Positions 1 to 13,810 of a stretch of 64,000 nucleotides of DNA are shown here, one piece after another; positions within the stretch are counted from its first letter, which is position 1, and each line of letters opens with the position of its first letter. The translations under genes were made by a program, and so were the position numbers. The stretch covers positions 108,252,001 through 108,316,000 of the forward strand of contig OX597819.1 in the NCBI GenBank assembly GCA_951406725.2, in the 5' to 3' direction. The notes under the pieces were generated by a model. That model was not told where the DNA came from, ran no database searches, and saw only the letters and a program-made list of their open reading frames with translations. The DNA comes from Octopus vulgaris. Its lineage: Eukaryota.

Positions 1-24
1 CACTCCAGTGCCTATATATATATA

Positions 25-141
25 AAAATTAACATATTATGTGAATTGTAGAAGTTTAACCAATTTATTGCATATAAACTTCAACAACAAAATCTTAAAT
101 GGACCCTCAAGGGTCATGTGGACCCCAGCTGAGAACAACTA
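25..141 (-). mobile_element. Fragment of hAT-type MITE (same family as 15011-15257 and 30421-30660)
   Basis: The reverse complement matches the 5' half of those copies (ttctca...ggggtccacatgaccc, gattttgttgtt, tgcaataaattggtta). Confidence 0.7.
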
Positions 142-1394
142 TAGACTGTAGACTGTACAATTAAGTTTTGGCGCAACTGGCATCCCTGAAGAATTTTCTT
201 TCCTCAGTCATTCTATACAGGATGTATGTTGTAAATGTGTGTATGTATTTATGACGTGTATATAGTTTCTACTGTAATGTGTGTGGGTTATTTATTGGTG
301 ATGGTGGGGAGTATCTGTGCTTGTGTGATAAGAAATGCAACCACTTGTGTCATTAAGGTAATTAGTGCCATTAGCTGATAATGATGATGTCAGACATAGA
401 AGCTGGTTGTTCTCTATGGACTACACTACCACCACCACACTGCTGCCGTCGTCACTGTCATCACTGCCTCTGCCACCGGCACTTCTGCTAACCACTATCA
501 TCAACACTATCTTTACTACCACCACTGCCATGACCATCACTAGCACAACAGACAGACAGCTGGTCTTTTGAACAAGGTGTCATCATTATCATTGTCAACA
601 TTATGGCTGTCTTCCTCCTCCTCCTCCTCCTCCTCCTCTTCCCTACCATCATCACCACCATTGCCACCACCACCATCACCGCCGCCACCACCACCACTTC
701 CATCACCACTATCATCAAGGCTCCCAAGTCAACCCCCAACTGTGTTTCCCTCCTTTCATGCACTGTCTATTTCCTAACTGGCACTGGACGATCTTATAGA
801 TTTCACCTGTAATGCTCAGAAGGTCCATGAAAGAGATATCCCATACATACTTGATGAGACCTCCTATTTAGTTGTGGCACTCCATGTTCTGGAATACCTT
901 TGATCATATCAGAATTTGATATAACAGGGTTGGCCTAGGGCTAAACAACAATAACACCATCATTATCACCATTCAGGAGGTGTACAGAGATTTTGTGAAG
1001 TTGATTATCTTTAATTTCATGAAGAAATTGTAACTCGCTCTACTAGAACTGAACAAATGTGTCTGTGTGTATGTGTGTCTCTATATGGCATGTATGTGTG
1101 TGTGTGTATGTGATGTATGGTGTGAGTGGCATGTGTATGTCTGTGTATAGCATGTGTGGTGTGTGTGGGATGTGTGTGTGTGCGTGCATATAAGTGTATG
1201 TGAAGATGTGTGTGAGCATGCATGTTTGAAGACGTATGTCTGATGATGATGATGATGATGATGTGTGTGTGTGTGTGATATGCAATGTGCATCAGAAATT
1301 ATGTGTGTGTGTGTGTGTGTGTATGGCAGATCTGCTCTAAAGATATATGTATGTGTGAGAAGATATATGCTTGTGTATCTCTGGTTATATATGT

Positions 1395-1436
<42 letters not shown>

Positions 1437-2839
1437 CATATACATATATCTAAATATGAGTGAGTGTGTCCCCCAAAATGAATCTGTGTGTGAATGTGTG
1501 CCGGAACATATAGTTGTCAGTACCAGAACTGACATTAATATTCATATGGTGATTGTCTTGAACATGGTTGAATGAAGTCTTCCACTATTTATCAATCACT
1601 CTCCATCCCTCACACATGTCCACACACACACATACCCTCTCTTTCTTTCCTTCTCTTTATTTTTCTCTTTCTGTTTCCTTCTCTCTTTCTTTCTCTCACA
1701 CACCTTGAAGTAGGTATAAAATATTCTCTCTCTGTACATACATGCTTACAGACACACACTGAAGCAAGTGTAAAATCTGTTCTATGATTTTGCTCTTCTT
1801 CCCCAACACCTGCCTCTCTTTCACTTATTTTTGCACTTACTCATACAGACACAACACACTAAAGCATGTGCACTATTAGAGTAGTTAGACAATAATAATA
1901 AAACAGCTACGGCCAGTATATTGCAAGATAACAATACATTTGATAGCTTAAAAATGTGTAGGTGCCACACCCGATAGTGAAGTAGCAAGCAGGTATAAGA
2001 AAATACTCCAAGAAACTAATCTGAAGTGAGGGGAGGGAGATGGGAATTGGAAGAGACAGAGAGATCTATTATATTGATCATCTGCATGTCCTACCATATT
2101 GATAGCCACACCTGTAAAAAGATTTGCATAATGTGTCATAAACCTACATAGCAACTGCAAATTAAAAGATACACTAATACTATATAAGGTATTGTGGAAA
2201 ATAGAGAGCAGACCTCACTGAAACATAGGAGAGATAGCTTAGAGAATAGGTGAATGAAACAGTTATACTGAGAAGCCTAGATTTGTATTTTACTATCTTA
2301 TCTCTTGTTCCAGCTCTACAACACTCACCCTTCTATAATATCAGATGCCTTGTAGCTCCTCTACTGCAAGAAACCTGTTTGGTTACAGCCTTTTCATTCA
2401 TACTTTAACTTCTCACCTCTTAGTATAAAGCCATCTTTCTCTGCTGTAGCACCACCCAATGGAAGAAAGTCTTAGTTTTGTCAGCAGCATGGTGATCTCA
2501 TTAGTGTTGGAGCTACAGATAAAGTACCCAATACATTCTGTAAAGTGGTTGATATTAGAAGGGCACCCACCTAGAGAAACCATGCTGAAACTGGAAAAAT
2601 ACCAGAGTACAATACTTAAGAAGTGCATTCACATACACAAACACATTCATATATATATATATATATACATATATACACACACACATATATATATATGTGT
2701 GATTGTGTGTATGTGTGTGTGTGTGTGAATGTATGCATAAGACACATCAAGCTAAGGAAAATCACTCTCATATATACATACAGGCTTATCCTTTACAGGT
2801 GCTAGTACCACATAAAATGCACTTATCCCATGATTATGC

Positions 2840-3036
2840 TAATGCACCCATGCCAGTGACATGTAAAACGTACCCAGTACACTCCGTAAAGTGTTTGGTA
2901 TTAAGAAGGGCATCCAGCAGTAGAAATCATGCCACGACAGACAATTGGAGTCTGGACAACTCCCTGGTGGCCAGCACCTGTCAAACTGTCCAACCCATGC
3001 CAGCATGAAAAACAGATGTTAAACGATAATGATGAT
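2840..3036 (+). mobile_element. RTE-type LINE 3' tail, heavily 5'-truncated
   Basis: Contains aagaagggcatccagcagtagaaa...aacccatgccagcatgaaaa...gttaaacgataatgatgat, shared with the longer copies at 54398-55096 and 12471-13222. Confidence 0.75.
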
Positions 3037-3248
3037 ATACCTATATATATGCTCACTTCCAAAATATTGTACACTAGTATCTCCCAATTTTTGTTTAAGA
3101 CGTTAAGACTGAGTCTGTACTCTATGCAAACTGATTCAGTTACCTAACTCAGTGTTGGTTGAAATAAGATGTGCAGATCTGATATCCATGCTGAGTCTGT
3201 TGATTGAACCATTCTCTTCATTTGTGTGTACATATGTGGATGTGTGGA

Positions 3249-3280
<32 letters not shown>

Positions 3281-3407
3281 GATGTATGTGTGTGTGTAAT
3301 ATAAGTATTTCAGCCCAGGAGCAAATGGGCCAAAGCACTTGTTTGATGGGAATTCTTCTTGTGAAGATTTCTCCTGCTGTCTGCTTCCCCAGTAGCAAGT
3401 TTCCACT

Positions 3408-3456
<49 letters not shown>

Positions 3457-4163
3457 GTTGCTACAACATGTATATATATATATATATATATATATATCAT
3501 CATCATCATCATCATCATCATCGTTTAGCATCCGTTTTCCATGCTAGCATGGTATATATATATATATATATATGCAAACACATTCACAAACATATACACA
3601 CATATGAAACAAATTAATGCTGGGAAAAAAATAGGGAAGCTACAATTGTGATGTTTTAATACAGTTGAGGAAGGGGTATATATTTCCTGCTAGAATTTCC
3701 TGAGGGTGGTGGTAGTGGTGGGTATCAGTTGTGATGGTGGTGGTGGTGGTGTCAAGAGTGATGTTGCCATAGACAGTGATAATGGAGGTGACTATGGTAA
3801 GCCATTGATAAAAATTACTTAGACATGAAAAGGAAACAGTAAATGTGTGTGTGAGAGATGGAGAGAGAGTGAGAGAGAGAGAGAGAGAGAAAGAGAGGGA
3901 GACTGTGTATAAATGTGTATGCACATGTGATTGTGCGTGTGTGCATGTGAGAGAGAGAGAGCGAGAGAGAGGACTGTGTATAAATGTGTGCATACATGTG
4001 ATTGCGTGTGTGTGTGTGTATGTGTAGGGGGAGATAAATTTCGTATACATGTGTGTGAACATGTGATTGTGTATGTATATGTATGTGTTTGTGTGTGTAC
4101 ATGTGAGAGATAGAGAGAGAGAGAGAAACTTTGTATAAGTGTGTGGGCACATGTGATTGTGCA

Positions 4164-4197
<34 letters not shown>

Positions 4198-5208
4198 AGT
4201 AAATGTTACTAAATGCAAAATCAAAATCACACAAATCATCAAAAAACTCTGCAACATTGCTAACAAGCCTCTATGTGGTCATTCACCCAGCTAGAAATAA
4301 CAGCCATTCAGATCCAAAGCACACCCTAATATCTTTAAAAACAAGAACACATTATCACATTGGATAGATAACATAGTTCAAGATTACTATGTCTGAAAAG
4401 AAAAAATGGATGGTCATGGATGGGATGCATTTGATCAAAAGTCTTTGGGCAAAACAATAGCTATGAGTCAACGAGGGAACCTCAAAATGGTTGCTGAAAC
4501 TGGTAGAAACAACTGCCAAATTTACCTCAAATTACACATTGCTGTCTTTAAAAGAACAGTATTCTTTGAAAAATGGCAGCCTATGTGCATTGTGTGGAGA
4601 AAATTAATGAAATGGGCATCACTGACCAGATGCCTTTGATCAGGATTGACCCGGTGCCAAAAAGCAAGTGACACACTCACAGGCAATAGTGGAACTCCTG
4701 CTGCTGCTGCCAACACCACCACCATAACAACTTAACATCTAAAGGTATTAACCATACCCTGTTACTATCTTCACCATCACCATAAACGCTACCATCCTAA
4801 TGAAGGAACACTCAATTTGCTGGAAACAACAGCCAAACTCCCACAGATTGCACCATATAATATCTATTAATGAAGAAATCAATGGTTGATGCAGTAAAGA
4901 CAGGATAGTCACAGCAGGAATATTTTCATCACAAAGTTTGGTGAATCAGAACTGACAACATGACCATCACTACCACCATTGTCTGACACCAATATTAACA
5001 TCATCAAAACTACAACCACTATAAACATTACCATAGATATTACCCCCACAAATTCCACCACTGCTATAACAATCAGGTTCACCACCACCACCAAAGTAAA
5101 AGGTCAAATATTCAACAATACTTCCGATGCAATGAAGCTATCCTAATTGCTTACATCTATATTTATAGAGAAATGTTATACACACTAACATACACACATG
5201 TATGCATG

Positions 5209-5240
<32 letters not shown>

Positions 5241-5426
5241 TACAAAGACAAATATACATAAATGTAAACATGTAATTCTATATACATATATTATATACAC
5301 ACCCACATCTAAATGTATATATATATATATATACACACACACATGTACATGTATATATATATACACACACACACACATTTAGATGTGGGTGTGTATATAA
5401 TATACATATGTATCCTGAAATGAAGG

Positions 5427-5484
<58 letters not shown>

Positions 5485-5489
5485 ATATA

Positions 5490-6749
5490 CAGGGGTTGGA
5501 TAAAATAATGGAAACACCTAGCATCATAGTATCCTAATTTTGAAATATCTATAAAACCATCAGAAGCTTGTTTGTTTTTATGTTTTTTTATTTATTATCA
5601 GTGGTGCTTAATATGTTTTGCTAAAATTGTTTTCTTTTCAGATATCATCAGAAAAAAGTAATTAAAATTCATTAAAATGACAGATCTATCGGACTTTCAA
5701 AGAGGTCAAATTGTTGGTGCTCGTATGGCAGGCGCTAGAGTAATGAAAACAGCCGAAATGTTTGGTGTATCAAGAAGTATTGTCTTGAAAATAATGACAG
5801 CCTTTGGGAAACAGAGTAAAACCTCCTTGTTGAAACAAAACTCCAGAAGAAACCCAAAACTTTCAGGTAGGGACGATCAGACTCTTACACGAATTGTTAG
5901 AAAGGATCACAAAAGTACAGCTCCCAAAATTACAGCACACCTTAATGACCACTTCGATAAACCAATTTCCACAAAAACTGTTTGCTAGGAGCTGCACAAA
6001 GCTGGATATCACGGAATGGCTGCAATCAGAAAACCACTACTTTCAAAAACAAACGTTGCAAGCATTTAGAGTGGAGTAAAAATCTACAGAATTGGTCCCT
6101 AGAGCAGTGGAGGAATGTTATTTTCTTGGACGAGTCATCCTTTACCCTATTTCCGATCACCGGTCGAGTATACATGTGGAGACAGCCAAAAGAAGCATTT
6201 GACTCAGACTGCCTTCTTCCAACTGTTAAACATGGAAGAGGATCTGTGATGATCTGGTGGGTGGTGTTATATCTTGGAAATCCGCCAGCCCAATGGTTTC
6301 CCTTCATGGCAGAATTAATAGTCAAGACTATTTAAGCATTTTATCTGATCAAATTCATCCTATGGTTGCAGAACTATTTCCGGAGGGAAACACAATCTTT
6401 CAGGATGATAATGCACCAATTCACACAGCTAAAATTGTTACTGAATAGCATGAGGAACATTTTAGTGAAGTTGGACATCTTATCTGCCACCACAGTCCCC
6501 AGATCACAATATCATTGAACATTTATGGCGCATTTTAGAAAAACAAGTAAGGAGTTGATATCCCCCACCATCATCACTACAAGAACTGGAGACTGTTTTA
6601 GCTGAAGAATGGACAAAAATTCCTTTGGAAACAATTCAAACTTTGTACGAGTCCATACCTCATAGAATTCAAGCTGTAATTACTGCCAAAGGCGGACCTA
6701 CTCCATATTTGAAAAAATTTGTTTGAAATTTTAAGGTGTTTTGTCCAAC
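5490..6749 (+). mobile_element. Decayed Tc1/mariner-superfamily DNA transposon (Tc1-like, DD36E spacing)
   Basis: Left end is TA|CAGGGGTTGGATAAAATAATGGAAACACCT. The right end AAGGTGTT..TTGTCCAAC is the complementary TIR with an internal deletion. A transposase pseudogene lies inside. Confidence 0.92.
5677..6710 (+). pseudogene. Tc1-like transposase pseudogene (stops and frameshifts)
   Basis: HTH N-terminus MTDLSDFQRGQIVGARMAG; W..VIFLDESSF; PTVKHG.GSVMIW; FQDDNAPIHTA; (W)PPQSPD.NIIEHLW; C-terminal VITAKGGPTPY. The protein is split across the ORFs starting at 5677, 5982 and 6257. Confidence 0.92.
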
Positions 6750-7357
6750 ATACACATACACACACACACATACCTACACACACACACATACACAAACACA
6801 CACACACATACACGTGCTGCTCATTAATAAAAACTATGACAACTGTAAAAAAAAAGTCAAATCTAGCATCAGTATTAAAAACTCACCAATGATGGAACTT
6901 TTAAGTAGTCATTCAGTCTGTTAGAACCATTGTAACCCAATCTTAATCAAGATTACTTATTCCGGGTGTGCTAGGTAAGCACTGCACACCCATCGTAAAT
7001 GGCAAACTTATGAATATCAACTTTACTCATTAATTTACTCACAAATCTAAATGGAAAACTTTTGTTATACCCTGCATGAAATTTGGTGGCATTGGGTGTG
7101 CTGCCACACCCAATCTACCAACCAACATACACCACTGATCTTAATAAATCTACATTTAACCTCACTGTTCAAACAGACCCTGGAGTTAGAACTACAATGC
7201 TCTGGTTGCCATATCATGTCATAAGCTATTAATTCCTTGATGGAGTAACAGGGGTGCTGTTGTAATATATAGCTTGGGCACTTTTAGACCTGGTAAAGCC
7301 CATCTCTCTTTAGATCTGACCACAGACAATGTTACCAGCAGATGAAAGAGAGCAAAA

Positions 7358-7390
<33 letters not shown>

Positions 7391-8084
7391 GTGGGAAGAC
7401 AGACAAAAAAACAGAAGAACTATATTTAGTGATCATGAAAGGATGAAAGACAAAGTTAGCCTCAACAGGATTTGAACTCAAAAACACAAAGGGTTTAAAT
7501 AATTACTCCAAAACAATCTATCCAATACACAAATGACTCTCTACAACAGAGTAAAAAATGATATTAGTTTTGCCTCTACAAACAGGCTCATCAGGAGATA
7601 TTTAAGTTTGTCCAATCTATAAAGAGAGAGAGAGAATGAGTGTAGGTAAGCTAGAAAGAGTGTAGGTAAGGTACTTGCAAAAAATGCAATGAAAATTAGG
7701 TGCTGTTTTTGCTCATTTACATATTCATGTATTTATTTATGGTGTGTGTATATTAAATTACAAAGACAGATGTTTGTAGATAAGTTACTAAATATATATT
7801 TAATCATAGGACCTACTTGTACAGTGGGGCTAAATGTATGTTTATTAAATCAAGAAACTAACATTTATGTACAAATAAAGACCCTCAGTACATATTTTGT
7901 CAATGAAAAAAAAAATGGAAGAATGTCTTTACATATTTAAGTATGAATATAAAAGTATAGACATGGAAATATCTGAAAGCAGACACATAGTTATATGCAC
8001 ACATGTGTATGTATGTGTATATATATGTGTGTGTATATATATATACACACACATACATATATATGTATGTATATGTATATATGC

Positions 8085-8292
8085 ATCATGATCATCATTT
8101 AATGTCTGTTCTCCATGCTAGGATGGGTTGGACAGTTCGACAGAAACTGGCTAGTCAGAAGATTGCACCAAGCGCTTCTGTCAGCTTTGGCATAGTTTTT
8201 ATGGCTGGATGCCTTTCTTATGGTTAATGCCAGTCACTATACAGAGTACTGGGTGCTTTTTACATGGCACAAGCATCAGTGAGGTCACCAAA
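8085..8292 (-). mobile_element. RTE-type LINE 3' tail
   Basis: (CAT)n, then tttaatgtctgttctccatgctag..gggttggacagtt..gctggatgcc, the reverse complement of the family tail. Confidence 0.65.
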
Positions 8293-8899
8293 TAATATAT
8301 CTCACAATATGTATCCTTCCACTGCTGGAGTCTAAGGTTTGGTTTGAGAGAATTTAGAAGCAATTTTTACCAGGTTGAAAGTCCTTAAACAGGCTCATTT
8401 GCTAGATTGTTACATGAGGGGTAAATGTAGCACTGTCGAGTGAACTAACCAGCATCCTGTACAGCCTACAAAATAGTTAGCAGACATACTGTATGAAAAG
8501 TTCTGTGAGTTGGAAGAAAGTAATTTTACTGTGCAAAGTATAAATTTTAAAAGTGATTTAAATAGAAATGCTTTTTAATCTGAATGAATACTGCCATTAG
8601 TTCCACCAAATGCACACACATGTATACACATACACACATGCACATACACAAAAAGACTTTTCTAAGCTTTCAAAGAAAAAGAACATCTTCAGTCAAAGGC
8701 AGAAATTTATCGGAAATAAAGGAATTTAGAAATCCAGGGTATGCCCCTCACAATAGCTTCTTGTTGTCCCCTTAAATGGATTAATAAGCAGAACGACGAA
8801 AGAGGAAATGGAATAAAAGAAACCTTATGATACTAACACTACATTTAATTGTACTTCTGTTAACACCATGAATAATATCATTAGTAGTGGAGGAAGGGG

Positions 8900-9005
8900 A
8901 GAGGGTGATGATGATGAGGAGGAGGATGATGATGATGAGGATGATGATGATGAGGATGATGATGATGATGATGAGGAGGAGGAGGAGGAGGAGGAGGAGG
9001 GGGAG
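8900..9005. repeat. (GAT)n/(GAG)n compound microsatellite
   Basis: Seen directly; it explains the poly-D/E and poly-S ORFs here. Confidence 0.9.
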
Positions 9006-10909
9006 TCAAGTAAGAAAGTAAGACTGAAACTTAAGGAAATGGTCCCCTTTGAAAGCCCAGGAGGAACCAACACAGTCAAACACCAGAGGCAGCTGATGTA
9101 ACACAGTTCACATAAAATAGAGGTATGAGGCAGAGAAGGAAATGGGAGATGTTATACACACACACACACACAAATACACAAAAACACAGTATACTAAATC
9201 ATACAGACATACAAACATTTTGTACATTATATCATTATTACAAAAGAGCTTATGTAAGTATATCTATATATATGCTTTAGAAATACTACCAGCCCTTCAT
9301 GTCACCACCTAACATACTGTCCTTAAATGACTTAGACCTCACACCACTTGTTACACCAATTAGGAATGAAATACAGGGGGTGACAGAGAAAAAAGGAAGA
9401 GGGAGATAGGGAGGGAGAGTGAGAGAGATAGGGGAGATTTGTTTGTAGGTAATCAAGAATATATGAGTATCAGCTAGTCTACCTGATAATAAAAGCTGCC
9501 AAAAACTATGTTCTATGTATGTTGGCTGGTCTCAGTGTTCTGCAAGAGAAGTTCTACAAAACTACTCAACCCATTTGAAATAATAGCCAAACATCCCTCA
9601 TATCACGAGATCGTGATTTCAATGCCTGGATCAGGTGATGCGGTATTTTCTTGAGCAAAACACTTCCTCTCACGTTGCTCTCTGGTTACTCCTACACCCG
9701 ACACATGCTACACAGTGCACACGTTTATACAACATTGATTTGTTGGAAAGAGTGAGCTAATGAGTGGCACTATAAACAAATCATTGGTGCAGATTGTTCA
9801 GCAATAGCGGAATGTTGATACATCATCTTTGATAGGGGAATCCATCACACCCTGATATATAGAAAGATAGGATATGAACAGAACACCTTCCATCAGATAT
9901 CAGTTTGATAAGGGCTGATCTGGGGTTTGACAATAGCATCAACCAACTTTACTTTACATCAATTAGAGACAAGCTCAGTGTAATTGTTCAATCTTCAACA
10001 AACAGCAGCCACACTGTACCTTTTTAAATTATGAAAGGACAGGACTCATAGTCTTACATAAATGCAAAAAGATAAATATGTTTGTGTGTGTGTGTAAGGA
10101 AAAAACTAAGGAAAAAACTGCCCTGTAGACAGGGTTTTTCCTAGTTTATATAAGTCTCACCCCCGTCCATCCACACACACACATACACACAAAAAAAAAG
10201 CACCCAAAATAGTTAGTTACCATAGAAGAATTATTATTCAAGACTGTATATTTACAGATTCGTAAAGGTACAATTTAGAACATATATATGTATATTCTGA
10301 CACTGAATGACATGATGGTAAGATCTAATGAAGGACTTATTTAAACAATCATCTGAGGAGGTGCATTTTACATCCTGGATGGATGATAATGATTACACAA
10401 CATCTCACCAATGTACTACGCGTATAAAAACATGTTAAAACAATTGTAGTGATTCTAAATATAGAATGTCATTCATTCCATTTTCTATTATTTATCTATT
10501 TATATAAACTCTACAGATACTATGAAATTTGTGATGTATATCCAGTAGCAGGAGCATTTCCACTGTAAGATAACATCAGGTAGCCAATAACTGTTAACAA
10601 GCTTTGCATAACATTCTACAAGGGTTTTATCTAAATCTTATTAAACTATGTACACATAATGTGTGTGTGTGTGTGCATGTGCGTGTGTGTGCATGTACGT
10701 GTGTGTGCATGTGCGTGTGTGTGCATGTGCGTGTGTGTGCATGCGCATGAAGAAAGATAGACAGACACATATATATTACAGAGCCTTACTGTGGGTTACA
10801 GTGAGGCTTTATAATATTTAAACAGTCTACAGTTCTGGTTTGTGCTGAGTTGTGCATGGGATGAATGTTACACACACAGATGTATCCCACCTCACACACA
10901 CACACACAC

Positions 10910-10954
<45 letters not shown>

Positions 10955-11240
10955 AAAAATCTATTTATGACAGCAGAAACAACCAACGTCAAACAGAAAG
11001 TAACCAAGACATACACAAACATGTATTATTTTCTTTATGTCAGTTTAGTAGGGAAAAAAAACATCATCCACAGTTTAATTTAATCAAACTTAACACTTTT
11101 TTAAAGTTAATTAATGCAATGCACAATGATCCCAACCTTTGAATCAGTTATGTAACTTTATAGTTGAATAAAACACACATGTGCACGCATGCACACACAC
11201 ACACACACACGCGTGCACACACACATACATACACACACAC

Positions 11241-11558
11241 GGTGCATGACTTAGTGATTAAGCTATTCAGCTCACAGTCGTAAGGTCGTGTGTTTGATTC
11301 CTGGTGGCATGTGGTGTCCTTGTGCAAGACACTTTATTTCATATTGCTCCAGTCTAGTCCATGGCAAGAATGAGTTGAATCTGTATTTCAAAGGGCCAAC
11401 CTCATCACATTCTGTATCACACTGAATCTCCCTGAGAACTACATTAAGGGTACACTTGTCTGTGAAGTGTTCAAGCCACTTGCACATTAATTTCACAGGC
11501 AGGCTGTTCCATTGATCAGATTAACTGGAATTCTCATAGTCATAACCGACAGGGTGCC
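11241..11558 (+). mobile_element. tRNA-derived SINE (family 3)
   Basis: tRNA-like head (tgacttagtgatt...gtttgattcc A/B-box-like), CORE-like gtgtccttg.gcaagacacttta, and a tail shared with 11591-11770. Confidence 0.8.
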
Positions 11559-11590
11559 AATTTAAAAAATTTTTTACATATACAAAGGTA

Positions 11591-11958
11591 GCACTCCATC
11601 GGTTACAATGACAAGGGTTCCAATTGATCCGATCAATGGAACAGCTTGCTCGTGAAATTAATGTGCAAGTGGCTGAGCACTCCACAGACACGAGTACCCT
11701 TAACTTAGTTCTCGGGGAGATTCAGCGTGACACAGAGTGTGACAAGGCTGGCCCTTTGAAATACAGGTACAACAGAAGCAGGAAGAAAGAGTGAGAGAAA
11801 GTTGTGGTGAAAGAGTACAGCAGGATTCGCCACCATCCCTTGCCGGAGCCTCGTGGAGCTTTAGGAGTTTTCGCTCAATATAGACTCACAACACCGGGTC
11901 TAGGAATCGAAACCACGATCCTACGACTGCAAGTCCGTTACCCTAACCACTGGGCCAT
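11591..11958 (-). mobile_element. tRNA-derived SINE (family 3 variant), inverted relative to the preceding copy
   Basis: Minus-strand head tggcccagtggttaggg...gtttcgattcc; the tail is the reverse complement of 11375-11558. Confidence 0.85.
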
Positions 11959-12189
11959 ATACATACACATGGAAACACACACACATATTATGTACAATCA
12001 TCATCAACATTTAATGTCTATCTTCCATGTTGTCATATGTTGGATGGCTCAACAGGATCTAATAAACCGGAAGGACTGCACTCAATTCCAGTGTCTGCTT
12101 TGGCATGGTGCCTATGGTTACATTATATGAGGGTGTGTTGGAGTAATCAGGGTAGATCTGAAAATATATATATATTTTTTTCCAACCAG

Positions 12190-12455
12190 GTTATCAGATG
12201 TTGCTCCACATCGCTGGTCACAATATGCTTCGCATTGTTTTAGCCTTCAAATGACGCCACCCTGCTGGCTAAGTAAGCAGGCCAACAGAAGAAAGAGAGA
12301 AAGTTGTGGCGAAAAAGTACAGCAGAGATCACCACTACCCCTTGTTGGAGCCTCGTGGAGCTTTAGGTGTTTTCACTCAATAAACACTCATAATGCCCGG
12401 TCTGGGATCCTACGAATGCGAGTCCACTGCCCTAACCATAGAGCCATTGCGTGTC
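12190..12455 (-). mobile_element. tRNA-derived SINE (family 3 variant, different tail)
   Basis: 12285-12455 matches 11770-11958 (gagaaagttgtgg.gaaa.agtacagcag, ggagcctcgtggagctttagg, ccctaacca). Confidence 0.75.
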
Positions 12456-12470
12456 CAATATATATATATA

Positions 12471-13222
12471 TCATCATCATCATCGTTTAACGTCCACTTT
12501 CCATGCTAGCATGGTATGGACGATTTGACTGAGGGCTGGCAAACCAGATGGCTGCACCAGGCTTCAATCTTGATCTGGCAGAGTTTCTACAGCTGGATGC
12601 CCTTCCTAATGCCAACAACTCTGAGAGTGTAGTGGGTGCTTTTACGTGCCACCGGCACGGGGGCCAGTCAGGCGATACTGGCAATGACCTTGCTCAAATC
12701 TTTTTACACATGCCACCAGCACAGGGGCCAGTAAGGCGATGCTGGTAATGATCACGCTTGAATGGTGCCTTTTACGTTCCACCAGCATGGAGACCAGTTA
12801 GCCGCTCTAGCAACGATCACCCTACTAGCACAGGGCTCAAGTGCCAGTAAGGCGACACTGGTAACGATCACACTCGAATGGTGTCTTTTATGTGCCACTG
12901 GCACGGAAGCCGGTTAGCCACTCTGTCAACGATCACACTCGTATGGTGCTCTTTGCACCCCACTAGCACAGATGCCAGTCATCGAATTTGATTTTGATTT
13001 CACTTGCTTCAACAGGTCTTTGCAAGCAGAGTTTAGTGTCCAAAGAAGGAAAAGGTACGCATAAGTGGACTGGTTATGCCCCTGGCATAGGCCACGAAGT
13101 TATGGTCTCATTTGGCTTGCTGGGTCTTCTCAAGCACAGCATATTTCCAATAGTCTTGGTCACTAGTCATTTCCTTGGCGAGGCCTAAAGTGTGAAGGTC
13201 ATGCTTCACCACTTCGTCCCAG
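12471..13222 (-). mobile_element. 5'-truncated RTE-type LINE: ORF2 C-terminus, repeat-containing 3'UTR and (GAT)n tail
   Basis: The minus strand translates WDEVVKHDLHTLGLAKEMTSDQDYWKYAVLEKTQQAK*. It is collinear with 54398-55096 and flanked by (TA)n. Confidence 0.88.
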
Positions 13223-13757
13223 ATATATATATATACACACACACACAAACACACACATAATGGCATGTGAATATTGGGTTGGAAAACCTATATGGATAGA
13301 AAAAAATTGAAGGTTGTTCATGGGACATGAATCCACATCTTTGACTTTTTCACTCCCAAAGAGTTTTACATGCTGTTATTGATATCATTATGTGATTCAA
13401 GATTCACTGTTCCCCCAAACAATCGTGTGTGTGTGTGTGTATTTGTGTATGTGTGTATGTGCTGGCAACAATTTCTAGCAGGATAAGTAATTGCATTACA
13501 TACAGGGTTTTCTTGTTGGTTTGGTTCAATCTTGGTTTATATGTACCTGTGGCATCCTACGGCACCCTGCATCATTCCACCTAACTACCCTCTGTAGCAA
13601 CAGTAAATTGCCAATGTGCCTGATTCAGCTCGGGGATCCCCTACTGATTTCAAGAGTTATGAAGTATATGTCATAGTCTTCTGTAAACACACATTGCTTA
13701 CCTGCACTAGCAGCAATAACATCCATCATCAATACTAACACCTTTATCAACATTAAT

Positions 13758-13810
<53 letters not shown>

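Noticed and set aside
7562-7598. Minus-strand CTGATGA-gcct...aggc-AAAAC hammerhead-like string
   Set aside because: Stem II is plausible, but there is no GAAA, no stem III/NUH and no stem I partner; chance or too decayed.
11241-11312. tRNA-like sequences at SINE heads (also 43530-43600 and 44446-44530)
   Set aside because: They have A/B-box-like motifs but no complete cloverleaf, and they continue into SINE bodies.
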